From the NCBI GenBank assembly GCA_963841435.1, contig CAWJCS010000005.1:768001-832000 (forward strand): a DNA stretch of 64,000 nt, read 5' to 3'. The position numbers and the translations under genes were made by a program. Under the pieces are notes generated by a model. The model was not told the DNA's origin. It saw only the letters and a list, made by a program, of their open reading frames with translations, and did not search any database. Below are positions 11,151 to 20,964 of this stretch, one piece after another. The number at the start of each line of letters is the position of its first letter. Position 1 is the first letter of the stretch. This stretch comes from an uncultured delta proteobacterium (GTDB lineage: Bacteria; Myxococcota_A; Polyangia; Polyangiales; Polyangiaceae).

Positions 11151-12722
11151 ATGGTGAAAATGCGCGATCGTGCCGACGGGCGTCGGTTGCCAAGACCTCT
11201 CGTGCGCTTTACCCCTCCCCTCGTCGGTGCGTGCCTCGTCGCGGCCGCCGCAACGGGCTGCGGTAGCAGCGACGACGACGCAACCGGCACCGCGGGCGCG
11301 GTGTCAGGCGGGTCGGGCGGCACGCCGGGCAATGGCGGCAGCTCGGGAGCGGCGGCCGGGTCGGGCAAGGGCGGCACGGCGGGAAAAGGTGGCGGCGCGA
11401 GCGGTGGTGCCTCGGGCGGCACGGCGGGCGCCCCGGGGGGAAGCGGTGGAGCAGGCGGCGATGCAGCAGCGAGCGGCAGCGGGAACAGCGGCGGGAGCGG
11501 GGCGACGGGCGGCACCGGTGGCATGGCGGGCGTCGGCGCGACCGGTGGGGCCGGAGGCAGCGGTGGCTCACCGACCGGCTGCGACGCGGGTGACCTGCTT
11601 TCGGCGCTCGGCCAGGACCACCTCGTCATCGGTGCGGCGATGGCGGACGAGACGGCGACCGCGACGCCGTTCGAGCTCCGCTACATCTATCTCTCCGGCG
11701 GTTTCCCGGACGGCAGCGCGCCGTGCTCGCGCTGCGACTCGGGCTGCAGCACAGCGGGCACGAGCTGCGCCAACACGGCGGGCTGCGCCTGGTGGGGTTG
11801 CTGGCAATACGACCAGGATCCGCCGGGCGTGTACGCCCGCGACTTCGTGGCCAACGCCGAGAGCGACGGGCAGATCCCGATGTTCACCTGGTACGAAATC
11901 CTCCAGGCTTCGGGCGCGAGCGAGGGGCGAGGCGAGGTCAACGCCGCAAACGACGCCACGTTCATGCAGCGCTACTACGCGAACTATCGCTTCCTGCTCG
12001 AGCAGATCGGGCAGAGCGTCGCCATCGTCCACCTCGAGCCCGACTTCTGGGGCTACGTCGAGCAGGCGAACGACGACCCGACGAAGGTACCCGCCGCGGT
12101 CGCGAGCGCGAACGCCGTGGATTGCGGCGACCTGCCGAACGACGCCACGGGGCTCGGCCGCTGCCTCGTGCGCATGACGCACAGCTACGCGCCGAATGCC
12201 AAGGTGGGCCTGCACGCGTCGGGCTGGGCCACGAATATGGACGTGCTCAGAAATAGCGATCCGGGCCTCAACGTCGCCGGCGAGGCCCAGAAGCTCGGCG
12301 CCTTCCTCGCCGCGCTCGCGCCCGACGCCGACCTCGTGATCGCCGACATCGACGACCGCGATGCGGCCTACTGGGAAGCCAACGGCCGCGATACCTGGCT
12401 CGACGACACGAACCAGACACTACCGAGCTTTCACCAGCTCTTCGCCTGGGCGACGGTGCTCGCCGAGACCACGAAGCAGCCTCTCTTGTGGTGGCAGGTG
12501 CCGGTCGGCAACATGGACCTTCCGAACCAGAACCAAGCGTGGCAGGACAACTGCGTGGACTACCTCATGACCCATCTCGAGGAGGTGGCCGCCGCGCACG
12601 GCATCGGCGTGGCGTTCGGCGCCGGCAACGGCGAGACCACGACGCCCGAGACCGACGGCGGGCACCTCGCGTCGCTGGTCTCCGCGTACGCGGCCACGAG
12701 CGGCCAGTCGCCCTGTCCCTGA
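11151..12722 (+). CDS. Lipoprotein with Gly-rich linker and putative glycoside hydrolase domain
   Basis: Lipobox AATGC; about 100-aa G/S/T/A linker; Trp-rich domain with VHLEPDFWG (reminiscent of GH6 EPD); start uncertain. Confidence 0.55.
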   Translation: MVKMRDRADGRRLPRPLVRFTPPLVGACLVAAAATGCGSSDDDATGTAGAVSGGSGGTPGNGGSSGAAAGSGKGGTAGKGGGASGGASGGTAGAPGGSGGAGGDAAASGSGNSGGSGATGGTGGMAGVGATGGAGGSGGSPTGCDAGDLLSALGQDHLVIGAAMADETATATPFELRYIYLSGGFPDGSAPCSRCDSGCSTAGTSCANTAGCAWWGCWQYDQDPPGVYARDFVANAESDGQIPMFTWYEILQASGASEGRGEVNAANDATFMQRYYANYRFLLEQIGQSVAIVHLEPDFWGYVEQANDDPTKVPAAVASANAVDCGDLPNDATGLGRCLVRMTHSYAPNAKVGLHASGWATNMDVLRNSDPGLNVAGEAQKLGAFLAALAPDADLVIADIDDRDAAYWEANGRDTWLDDTNQTLPSFHQLFAWATVLAETTKQPLLWWQVPVGNMDLPNQNQAWQDNCVDYLMTHLEEVAAAHGIGVAFGAGNGETTTPETDGGHLASLVSAYAATSGQSPCP

Positions 12723-12741
12723 CGCCCGAGGCGAACGACCC

Positions 12742-13617
12742 TTGCCCGAGCTGCCCGAGGTCGAGGTCACGCGGCGAGCAGTGCTGCCGCACCTCGTCAA
12801 CCGACGCATCTCGCGCGTCACGACGACTGGCCCGAGCTACTTCTTCCTGACGCCGCCGGCGACGCTCGCGCGGCGCCTGGTAGGCCGGCACGTGGTCACG
12901 CTCGAACGCCACGGCAAGTACCTGCTGGCGACGCTCGACGACGAGACCCGCCTGCTCTTGCACCTCGGCATGACGGGTCAGCTCTTCGTCTCGGGCTCGC
13001 GCAGCGTGCGGCTGCTCTCGAGCGAGAAACGGGCGACGCTCGATCCCGCGGTGCAGCCGGCCTTTCGCCCCGACGCCCACACGCACCTCGCGCTCCGCTT
13101 CGCCGACGGCCCGCCCGACCTCTACTTTCGCGACGTGAGAAAATTCGGGAAATGCGCGCTCTTGCCGCGCGGAGGCGACGACCCACGCTTGAAGAAGCTG
13201 GGCGTCGACGCGCTCGGCGTGACGCCGGCGGCGCTCTTCGAGGCCACGCGGAAGCGTCGCATCGCCATCAAGAGCTTGCTGCTCGATCAATCGATCATCG
13301 CGGGCGTCGGCAACATCTACGCCGACGAGGCGCTGTTCTTCGCCGGGGTGCGCCCGACGCGCCGCGCGGCGACCCTCGACCAGAAAACATGCGCGGCGCT
13401 GGCACGCGCCGTGCGGCGCGTGCTCGAGCGCGCGATCCGTCGCGGCGGCTCGTCGATCGACGACTTCGTGCGTCCCGACGGCTCGGACGGCAGCTACCAG
13501 CTCGAGCGGCGCGTGTACGCCCGCACGGGTGAGCCATGCCGTCGCTGCAAGACGCCGATCCGCCGGGTGGTCATCGGCCAGCGCTCCGCCCACTTTTGCC
13601 CCGAGTGCCAGCGCTGA
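12742..13617 (+). CDS. mutM: Formamidopyrimidine-DNA glycosylase
   Basis: N-terminal PELPEV, HLGMTG, GVGNIYADE, C-terminal zinc finger CRRC...CPECQ; TTG start. Confidence 0.97.
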   Translation: MPELPEVEVTRRAVLPHLVNRRISRVTTTGPSYFFLTPPATLARRLVGRHVVTLERHGKYLLATLDDETRLLLHLGMTGQLFVSGSRSVRLLSSEKRATLDPAVQPAFRPDAHTHLALRFADGPPDLYFRDVRKFGKCALLPRGGDDPRLKKLGVDALGVTPAALFEATRKRRIAIKSLLLDQSIIAGVGNIYADEALFFAGVRPTRRAATLDQKTCAALARAVRRVLERAIRRGGSSIDDFVRPDGSDGSYQLERRVYARTGEPCRRCKTPIRRVVIGQRSAHFCPECQR

Positions 13618-13639
13618 AGCGCGAGCTGCCCCGGGGTGG

Positions 13640-14331
13640 CTCACCGGCGTTGGATTGCCAGGAACATCATCGGGGCTTCGTACGCAAGCTCGAGCGCGTC
13701 GCCGGTCGTCGAGCTTCATGGTTTCGCGTCCGTCCGAGGTGCAGGCGAGCACGAAATCGCGCTCGGGGAAGGGACGCCGCCGGTACGCGACGCAGTGGTC
13801 GAAGTTCGGAATTCCCGTCACGACGACGCGTGAAGGCTCGGCGCCGCGCTGGATCATTTGCTGGCGAAAACCTTCGCTCGCCGCGCAGAAGCGCTCGCAG
13901 ACGTTGCTCGTGCCGGTGTACGTGGTACCCGAGAGCCAGCGCGGCAAGAAGGGCAACACGCGCCGCGCATGAAACCAGAACCGCTCCGGATCCAACATGC
14001 CTTCTTGCACGCCGACGAGCGGCGGGCGCCGGAGCCCCATCGGGACGACAACGTCCGAGCTCGTCACGACGAGATCGTACGGTCCGTCGAGCCCGCCCAC
14101 GTCGAGCTCGAGCCCGTGACGCCGCACGTACGTTTCGCACACGTCGCGCTGCTTCCCGCCGAGCGACGTGCGCTCGAGCAGGCCGGCACGCGCCGCCGCG
14201 TCGAGCAGACCGTCACCGAAGTAGGGCGAGAAGGCGGCATCGAACTCGCCGAGCTCGCGAGCGACGGCATGCACCTGGGACGTCATGTTGAGCGTCCCTC
14301 CGACGAACAGGGCTCTAGGCCTCGCGCGCAT
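13640..14331 (-). pseudogene. 3'-truncated conserved protein, possibly glycosyltransferase-B/epimerase-like
   Basis: Coherent coding from MRARPRALFVGG to VVVTGIPNFD...TSDGRETMKLDDRR, then low-information sequence with no stop until deep inside mutM antisense. Confidence 0.5.
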
Positions 14332-14367
14332 CCGCAACCCAAGCTGAACACCCAATCAGCGGGGTTT

Positions 14368-14383
14368 TGGCGGCAGTTTTGCA
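14368..14383 (+). promoter_or_regulatory. Candidate sigma-54 (-24/-12) promoter upstream of rpiA
   Basis: TGGCGGCAGTTTTGCA: GG-N10-GC spacing with TTGCA. Confidence 0.3.
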
Positions 14384-14473
14384 GCAATCGTGTGGCCGAA
14401 GCGGCACGAGGGCCGAATGGGCAGCCCGCCGACCCGTTTGTCACGCTCCGGGCGCCCCGATACGGTCGAGGGG

Positions 14474-15178
14474 ATGGACCTCGATACCGCCAAGCGGCTC
14501 GCCGCGGCGGCCGCCGCCGACCTGCTCCCCACCGAGGGCGTGATCGGGCTCGGCTCGGGCAGCACGACACGCTTCTTCATCGCGGAGGTGGGCAAGCTCG
14601 TCGCCCGGGGGCACGCGCTCGCCGGAGTGCCGACGAGCCGCCGGAGCCGCGAGCTCGCGACGGAGCTCGGCATTCCCCAGCTCGACGACTTCGGCCCCTG
14701 GTCGATCGACGTGTGCGTCGACGGCGCCGACGAGGTGAGCGAGGAGCTCGATCTCATCAAGGGCGGCGGGGGCGCACACACGCGCGAGAAGATCGTCAAC
14801 CGCTATTCTCGACAGAACGTGATCATCGTCAACGAATCGAAGCTGAGCCGAAGGCTCGGTGAACGACGTGCCGTGCCGGTGGAGGTCGTCGTCTTCGGGC
14901 ACCGCGCGACGGGCGATGCCCTCGGGCGCTTCGGGACCGCGGTGCTGCGTTTCGCCAGCGACAATCCGTTCGTCACGGATTCCGGGAACTACATCTACGA
15001 CGTGAGCACGGGCCCGATCGCGGATCCCGTGGAGCTCGAGGAAGAGCTCTGCCACCTGCCCGGCGTGATCGAAACGGGCCTTTTCTGTGGGCGCGCGGAC
15101 ATCGTGATCGTCGCTTTCAAAAATAGCGTCGAGCTCTGGCACCGCGATGGGCGCCGCACGACTGCTCCCCCACCGTAA
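14474..15178 (+). CDS. rpiA: Ribose-5-phosphate isomerase A
   Basis: GLGSGST, DGADEV, IKGGGGAHTREKIV, TDSGNYIYD motifs. Confidence 0.96.
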   Translation: MDLDTAKRLAAAAAADLLPTEGVIGLGSGSTTRFFIAEVGKLVARGHALAGVPTSRRSRELATELGIPQLDDFGPWSIDVCVDGADEVSEELDLIKGGGGAHTREKIVNRYSRQNVIIVNESKLSRRLGERRAVPVEVVVFGHRATGDALGRFGTAVLRFASDNPFVTDSGNYIYDVSTGPIADPVELEEELCHLPGVIETGLFCGRADIVIVAFKNSVELWHRDGRRTTAPPP

Positions 15179-15292
15179 ACGTCGGTGCGCGGGGCTTGTT
15201 GTCACGCGGGCGGGAGGGTGGTTCACTCCGACCATGCAGCGACGCCCCGGTCGTGCACGGTCGGCTCGGGGCACACGCAGGCGAGGGCTTTC

Positions 15293-15958
15293 ATGAAGGT
15301 CGTGCTGTTCGGCGCCACGGGCATGGTCGGCAAGGGCGTTCTACTCGAGTGCCTGGACGATCCCGCCGTAACGACCGTGCTCGCCATCGGACGGAGCTCG
15401 TGCGGTGTCACGCACGCGAAGCTCCAAGAGATCCTGCACCACGATTTCACGGACTACTCGAGCCTGGGCGCCCTTTTCTCGGGCTACGACGCGTGCTTCT
15501 TTTGCCTCGGCATCTCGTCGGTGGGCATGAGCGAAAAGGACTACCGGCACGTCACGCTCGACTTCACGCTGGCGGCGGCCGAGGCGTTGCTCCAAAGCAA
15601 TCCGGGCCTCACCTTCGTGTTCGTGTCGGGCATGGGCACCGACGAGAGCGGCAAAAGCAGCATGATGTGGGCCCGGGTCAAGGGCGAGACCGAGAACCGC
15701 CTGCTCGCGATGCCCTTCAAGGCGGCGTTCATGTTCCGCCCCGGCATCATCCAGCCGCTGCGGGGCGTCGCGGCCAGGGGCACGTTCACGCGCATGGCGT
15801 ATGCGCTCGGCCGGCCGCTGTTCCCACTCTTGAAAGCGCTCTCGCCGCGCTCGGTCACGACCACCGAGCGCATCGGACGCGCGATGATCAAGCTCGCGCT
15901 CGAAGGTGGCGAGCGCCGCTACTTCGAAAACGCCGACATCAACGCTTTGGTTTCTTAG
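15293..15958 (+). CDS. NAD(P)-binding Rossmann oxidoreductase/epimerase (CC3/TIP30-like)
   Basis: FGATGMVG, FFCLG, WARVKGETE, FRPG. Confidence 0.85.
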   Translation: MKVVLFGATGMVGKGVLLECLDDPAVTTVLAIGRSSCGVTHAKLQEILHHDFTDYSSLGALFSGYDACFFCLGISSVGMSEKDYRHVTLDFTLAAAEALLQSNPGLTFVFVSGMGTDESGKSSMMWARVKGETENRLLAMPFKAAFMFRPGIIQPLRGVAARGTFTRMAYALGRPLFPLLKALSPRSVTTTERIGRAMIKLALEGGERRYFENADINALVS

Positions 15959-16547
15959 CTGCTGCGCCCGACTTGCCTCGCCCGAGCTCGATGAGGCTGC
16001 GTACGGTGCGGTAGTTGCGGAGTGTGCCCACGGTGCCGAGCGTGGCGTCGAAATAGGCGTTCGTCAGCTTGGTGCGCGCGACACCGTTCGGCAAAAACAG
16101 GTAGACGTTGCTGCCGCGTACTTCGAAGGCGTCGGGGGCGGAGCGCTTCGCGTCGAGTCGCTTCACCTGGGCCGGGCTCGGGCGATCGGCGAGAAAAAGC
16201 AGGTGGCAGGAGCCCTCGTCGGCGCCCCGCTTCAAGAACGGATTGTCGCGATGAGCGGCCTCGAGCTCGGCGAGGCTGCGCACGACCACGGGCGCCTCGA
16301 AGCCGAAGCCCTCGGCGATCGCGCGCGCGACGCGCCCGGGAACGCCCTTCGCCACCGCCTTGGACGCCGCATAGACGACGTTGCCGCTCTGGATGAACGT
16401 GCTCACGTCCCGGCAGCCGGACTTAATGAAGAGGTCGGCGAGCGCCTTCATCGGTAGGCCGTGCCGACCGCCGACGTTGATGCCGCGAAGGAGCGCCACG
16501 TAGATGTCCGCACCTGCGCTGGCCGGGCTTTTGGTCACGCCGAGCAT
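15939..16547 (-). CDS. DUF1697 family protein
   Basis: YVALLRGINVGG, TFIQSGNVV, GTLRNYRTV. Confidence 0.9.
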   Translation of the reverse strand: MLGVTKSPASAGADIYVALLRGINVGGRHGLPMKALADLFIKSGCRDVSTFIQSGNVVYAASKAVAKGVPGRVARAIAEGFGFEAPVVVRSLAELEAAHRDNPFLKRGADEGSCHLLFLADRPSPAQVKRLDAKRSAPDAFEVRGSNVYLFLPNGVARTKLTNAYFDATLGTVGTLRNYRTVRSLIELGRGKSGAAAKKPKR

Positions 16548-16638
16548 CCTAGCTCCCCGGGCTCCAAGGGGTGCACCCCTCGCGCGATGGGGGTACGCTC
16601 CGGCGCTCCTTTCGGCCTTCAGCATCCCTCATGCCGGC

Positions 16639-17814
16639 ATGAACCGAACCCAAGTGATCATGGTCGTCGCCTTCGGGGCGGTGCTCGGGATCGGCGGCTG
16701 GGTGGCGGCATTTCACGAAGATTGGCTGCGCGCGCCGGCGGGCGAGGACGAGGAAGGCGACGCGCCCGAAACGGTCGTCCCGGTGCACGTCACCAACGTA
16801 TCGGAGCGCAGCTTTCACCGCTGGGTCGAGGGCTGGGGCAGGGTCACCGCCGAGCCGGCGCAGGGCGACAAGCCCGCGGCGAGCGCGCGCGTCGCCTCGC
16901 CGGCGTCGGGCGTCCTTTCCGAGGCGCGCTGCGCCGAGGGCGAGAAGGTCGAGAAGGGCGATCTTCTGTTCCAGCTCGACACGCGGATGGCGAGCGCCGA
17001 GGCCGCCAAGATGGCGGCGGCGCGGACCTCGGCACGCGCGAGCGTCAACCGCCTCGAGGTCGAGAAGCGCTTCGCCGACCGCGAGCTCGAACGCGCGCGC
17101 AAGCTCGCCGCAGCCGAGCTCACCTCGGAGAAAGAGTTGCACGCCGCAGAGCTCGCCGCGTCGTCCGCGGAGAAGGCGCTCGCCGAGGCCTCCGCCAAGG
17201 TCGTCGAGGCCGACCGCGGCGCGTACGCCACGCAGACACAGGCGTCCCTCTTGCGCATCAAAGCGCCCCTCTCGGGAACCGTCGTCAAGGTGAACGTCAA
17301 CCCCGGCGAGTCCGTCGAGGCTTCCACGGTGCTCGCCGAGATCGTCGATCTCGATCGGCTGGTCGTGACGGCGACGATCCCCGCGGGCGAGCTGCCGCGC
17401 ATCCAGCTCGGCCAAAATGCGCACATCCTGCGCGGCGAGACGGACGATATCCCGGGTCGCGTCGCGTTCATCGGGCTTTCCGTCGATACGACGAACGACT
17501 CGGTCCCCGTGCGCCTCTCCTTCGATCGGGCGGCGGGGCTGCACCCCGGCGAATACGTGCACGTCCGCGTCATGGTGGAGGAGCACCCGAACAAGCTCGG
17601 TGTGCCCCGCGAGAGCCTTGTCGAGACCGAGAAGGGTCCCGCCGTGGCCGTCGTCGAGGGCGACCACGCGCACCTCGAGACCGTGACCGTGGGCCTCAAG
17701 GAAGGCCAAGACGTTGAGATCGCGGGCCCCGGGCTCTCGAAGAGCACACGCGTGGTGAGCGCAGGCGCCTACGGCCTGCCGAAAGAGACGAAGATCCGCA
17801 TCGTCGGACCGTGA
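16639..17814 (+). CDS. RND efflux periplasmic adaptor (membrane fusion protein)
   Basis: N-terminal TM, lipoyl half-motifs (GEKVEKGDLLFQLD; IKAPLSGTV), coiled coil. Confidence 0.92.
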   Translation: MNRTQVIMVVAFGAVLGIGGWVAAFHEDWLRAPAGEDEEGDAPETVVPVHVTNVSERSFHRWVEGWGRVTAEPAQGDKPAASARVASPASGVLSEARCAEGEKVEKGDLLFQLDTRMASAEAAKMAAARTSARASVNRLEVEKRFADRELERARKLAAAELTSEKELHAAELAASSAEKALAEASAKVVEADRGAYATQTQASLLRIKAPLSGTVVKVNVNPGESVEASTVLAEIVDLDRLVVTATIPAGELPRIQLGQNAHILRGETDDIPGRVAFIGLSVDTTNDSVPVRLSFDRAAGLHPGEYVHVRVMVEEHPNKLGVPRESLVETEKGPAVAVVEGDHAHLETVTVGLKEGQDVEIAGPGLSKSTRVVSAGAYGLPKETKIRIVGP

Positions 17815-17815
17815 C

Positions 17816-20800
17816 ATGACGGACGCGGGAGAGAGCGGGCAACCTGCAGGGCTGGGCGGTTTCGCGCTGCGCTACGCGCGCGCCATCGCGTTCATCGTCA
17901 TCGCGCTCTGCGCGGGCGGGCTCTACTCGGCACTGACCATGAAGTCTTCGGTCTTCCCGGAAACCAACTTTCCGCGCGTCGTCATCCTCGTCAACAACGG
18001 TGTGATGCCGGCCGACGAGATGATGGCCACGATCACCCGCCCCATCGAGGAAGCCATGAAGGACGTCCCGGGCGCGGTGACCGTGCGCTCGAGCACGGGG
18101 CGCGGCTCGGCTGACGTCAACGTCTTCTTCGAGTGGAGCGTCAACATGCAGAAGGCCGAGCTCTACGTGCAGTCGCGCCTCGCGGAGCTGCGCGGCACGC
18201 TGCCGGCGAGCGCGAAGACCATTTCGTACCGGCTGACGTTCGCTGCTTTCCCCATCGCGGGCGTCAGCATGACGAGCCACGCGCGCGACATCACGAAGCT
18301 CTGGGAGCTCGGCCGCTACGTCGTGAAACCGCGCTTCTTGCGCGTGCGCGGCGTCGCACGCGTCAACGTCGTGGGCGGCCGAACACCCGAGATCCACGTG
18401 GTCGTCGATCCGACCAAGCTCCAGGCCCTGCATCTCGGCCTCACGGACGTGACCGATGCGCTCTCGCGCACCAACCTGGTGCTGCCCGTGGGCATGCACG
18501 AGGAGAACGACACGCTATATCTGGCGGTGGTCAACGGTCGCGTCCACGACGTGGGCGAGGTCTCGAACCTGATCATCGCGTCCGAAGGCGGGCGTCCCAT
18601 CCGCGTGCGCGATTTCGCCCGCGTCGAGCGCGGCGAGGAGACCGTGTACAACGCGGTCACGGCCGACGGCGTCAACGCCGTGCTGCTCAACGTGAAGAGC
18701 CAGCCCGACGGCAGCACGCTCGAGATCGCCAACGGGCTGGCGATCGCCGTGCGCGAACTTTCGCGCGAGCTGCCGCCCGACGTGAAGCTCGAGTTCTTCT
18801 ACGACCAATCGCTGCTCGTGCGCGCGTCGGTCCGCGGCGTCTGGGAAGCGATCGGCTTCGGGCTGGTGCTGTCGGTCGCCATTCTCTACCTGTTCCTGCG
18901 CCGCTGGAGAACGACGTTGGTGGCCACGCTGGTCATCCCGGTTACCGTGCTCACGACGCTCGTCGTGATGAAGGCGCTCGGCATGGGCTTCAACCTGATG
19001 ACGCTCGGAGGGATCGCCGCCGCCATCGGGCTCGTCGTCAACGATGCCATCGTGGTCGTCGAAGCGATTCACGCGGAGCTAACGCTCGGCCGGCCGCTGT
19101 CCGAGGCCGTGACGCACGCGGCGCGCGAAATCACGCGTCCGCTCGTGGGCTCGACGCTCACCCCCGTCGTGGTCTTCTTGCCGCTCGCGTTCCTCGACGG
19201 CGTTCCCGGCGTGTTCTTCCGTGCGCTCGCGCTCACGATGGTCGTCTCGCTCGTCGCGTCCCTCGTGCTGGCAGTCACCTTCACGCCCTCGCTCGCGAGC
19301 TGGATCATGCGGGGCGAGCCAGCAATGGGCCACGAGCCCGCGGCCGCCGCGGCGCCGCGCGGCTTTCTGGGCCAGCGTCTCAAGATCTACGACGCCGCCG
19401 TGAAGGCGGCGCTTTCGCACCCGTACCTCACCGTGGGCCTGTCACTTTGTCTCATGCTCGGCGGGGTGCTCCTGCACTACCGCCTCGAGAGCGACTTCTT
19501 GCCCCCGATGGACGAGGGCGGCTTCGTCATCGACTACGTGGCGCCCCCCGGCACGAGCCTGACCGAAACGAACCGCAAGCTGCTCGGCGTCGAGGACATC
19601 CTGAAGCGAACCCCCGACGTCGAGAGCTACTCGCGCCGAACCGGTGCCGCGCTCGGCTTCCATCTGGTCGAGCCCAACACCGGCGACTTTTTGGTGAAGC
19701 TCCGACCGGAGCGCGAGCACGATACGGAAGAAGTGATCTCGACGCTGCGCCAGAAGCTGCGCGCCGCCGCGCCCGACATCGAGTGGGAATTTCCCGGCAT
19801 CCTCGCGGATCTCATCGGCGACCTCACCTGGTCGCCGGAGCCCATCGAGGTGAAAATCCTCTCGAGCGACCTCGAGTATCTCAAACGTATGGCGCCCAAG
19901 GTCGCGCAGACGGTCGAGAGCGTGCACGGCGTCGTCAACGTGAAGGACGGCCTGGTGGTCGCCGGCCCATCGCTCGGCATCCACGTGCGCCCCGCCGATG
20001 CGCAGCGTTTCGGCCTCGACACCGAGAGCGTGGCTCGCAGTGTCAACACGGCGATTTTCGGCGAGGAAGCGTCGCGCGTCCTCGAGGGCGACCGCATCGT
20101 CAACGTGCGCGTCGAGCTCGAGCGCCCGTGGGTGGACAGAATCGAGCGCATCCGCGGCCTGCCGATCCGGACACCGAGCGGCAGCCTCGTCATGCTGAGC
20201 CAGGTGGCGGACGTCGAGGAGGACCCAGGCGCGCTCGAGCTGCACCGCGAAGACCTGCAGCAGAACGTCGCGGTAACGGCGCGTCTCGAGGGTCGCGACC
20301 TCGGCAGCGCCATCGCCGAGATCCGCCAGAAGCTCGAGCGAGATCCGAGCTTGCCGCGGGGCGGTATCGCCTTCGGCGGGCTCTACCAGCAGCAGCAGGA
20401 ATCCTTCAGGAACCTGCTCGTGGTGCTGTTTCTCGCCATCGCGCTCGTCTTTACCGTGCTCTTGCTCGAGTTTCGCTCGTTCGCCGCGCCGCTCGCGATC
20501 GTGTTCGGCTCCGTGCTCGCGCTGTTCGGCACCGTGCTCGCGCTGCTAGTCACGGGCACCTCGCTCAACGTGATCTCGTTTCTGGGCGCCATCATCGGCG
20601 TCGGCATCGTCGCGAAGAACGGCATCCTGATGCTCGATCTCGTCGACCAGCTGCGGGCGTCGGGCCGCTCGCTCGAGGACGCGCTCATCGCATCCGGACG
20701 GCGGCGGCTCCGCCCCGTGCTCATGACCTCGCTCGCGGGCGCGCTCGGCATGCTGCCGCTCGCGTACGGCGTGGGCTCGGGGGCGGACATGCTGCGTCCC

Positions 20801-20899
20801 ATGGCGATCGCCGTGATCGGCGCCCTGCTCTTTTCGGACCTGATGTCGCTCGTCGCGACGCCGACCGTCTATTATCTCTTGCGACGCCGCTTTGCATGA
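17816..20899 (+). CDS. RND efflux transporter permease (AcrB/CzcA family)
   Basis: 1027 aa; GLVV(N)DAIVVVE, GIVAKNGIL, RLRPVLMTS motifs. Confidence 0.95.
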   Translation: MTDAGESGQPAGLGGFALRYARAIAFIVIALCAGGLYSALTMKSSVFPETNFPRVVILVNNGVMPADEMMATITRPIEEAMKDVPGAVTVRSSTGRGSADVNVFFEWSVNMQKAELYVQSRLAELRGTLPASAKTISYRLTFAAFPIAGVSMTSHARDITKLWELGRYVVKPRFLRVRGVARVNVVGGRTPEIHVVVDPTKLQALHLGLTDVTDALSRTNLVLPVGMHEENDTLYLAVVNGRVHDVGEVSNLIIASEGGRPIRVRDFARVERGEETVYNAVTADGVNAVLLNVKSQPDGSTLEIANGLAIAVRELSRELPPDVKLEFFYDQSLLVRASVRGVWEAIGFGLVLSVAILYLFLRRWRTTLVATLVIPVTVLTTLVVMKALGMGFNLMTLGGIAAAIGLVVNDAIVVVEAIHAELTLGRPLSEAVTHAAREITRPLVGSTLTPVVVFLPLAFLDGVPGVFFRALALTMVVSLVASLVLAVTFTPSLASWIMRGEPAMGHEPAAAAAPRGFLGQRLKIYDAAVKAALSHPYLTVGLSLCLMLGGVLLHYRLESDFLPPMDEGGFVIDYVAPPGTSLTETNRKLLGVEDILKRTPDVESYSRRTGAALGFHLVEPNTGDFLVKLRPEREHDTEEVISTLRQKLRAAAPDIEWEFPGILADLIGDLTWSPEPIEVKILSSDLEYLKRMAPKVAQTVESVHGVVNVKDGLVVAGPSLGIHVRPADAQRFGLDTESVARSVNTAIFGEEASRVLEGDRIVNVRVELERPWVDRIERIRGLPIRTPSGSLVMLSQVADVEEDPGALELHREDLQQNVAVTARLEGRDLGSAIAEIRQKLERDPSLPRGGIAFGGLYQQQQESFRNLLVVLFLAIALVFTVLLLEFRSFAAPLAIVFGSVLALFGTVLALLVTGTSLNVISFLGAIIGVGIVAKNGILMLDLVDQLRASGRSLEDALIASGRRRLRPVLMTSLAGALGMLPLAYGVGSGADMLRPMAIAVIGALLFSDLMSLVATPTVYYLLRRRFA

Positions 20900-20964
20900 G
20901 CGCCGCGGTCGGAGCCATTCGCGCGCGGCTTGGTGGCCCCGGCGATCGGCGCTATGCTCGGAAG

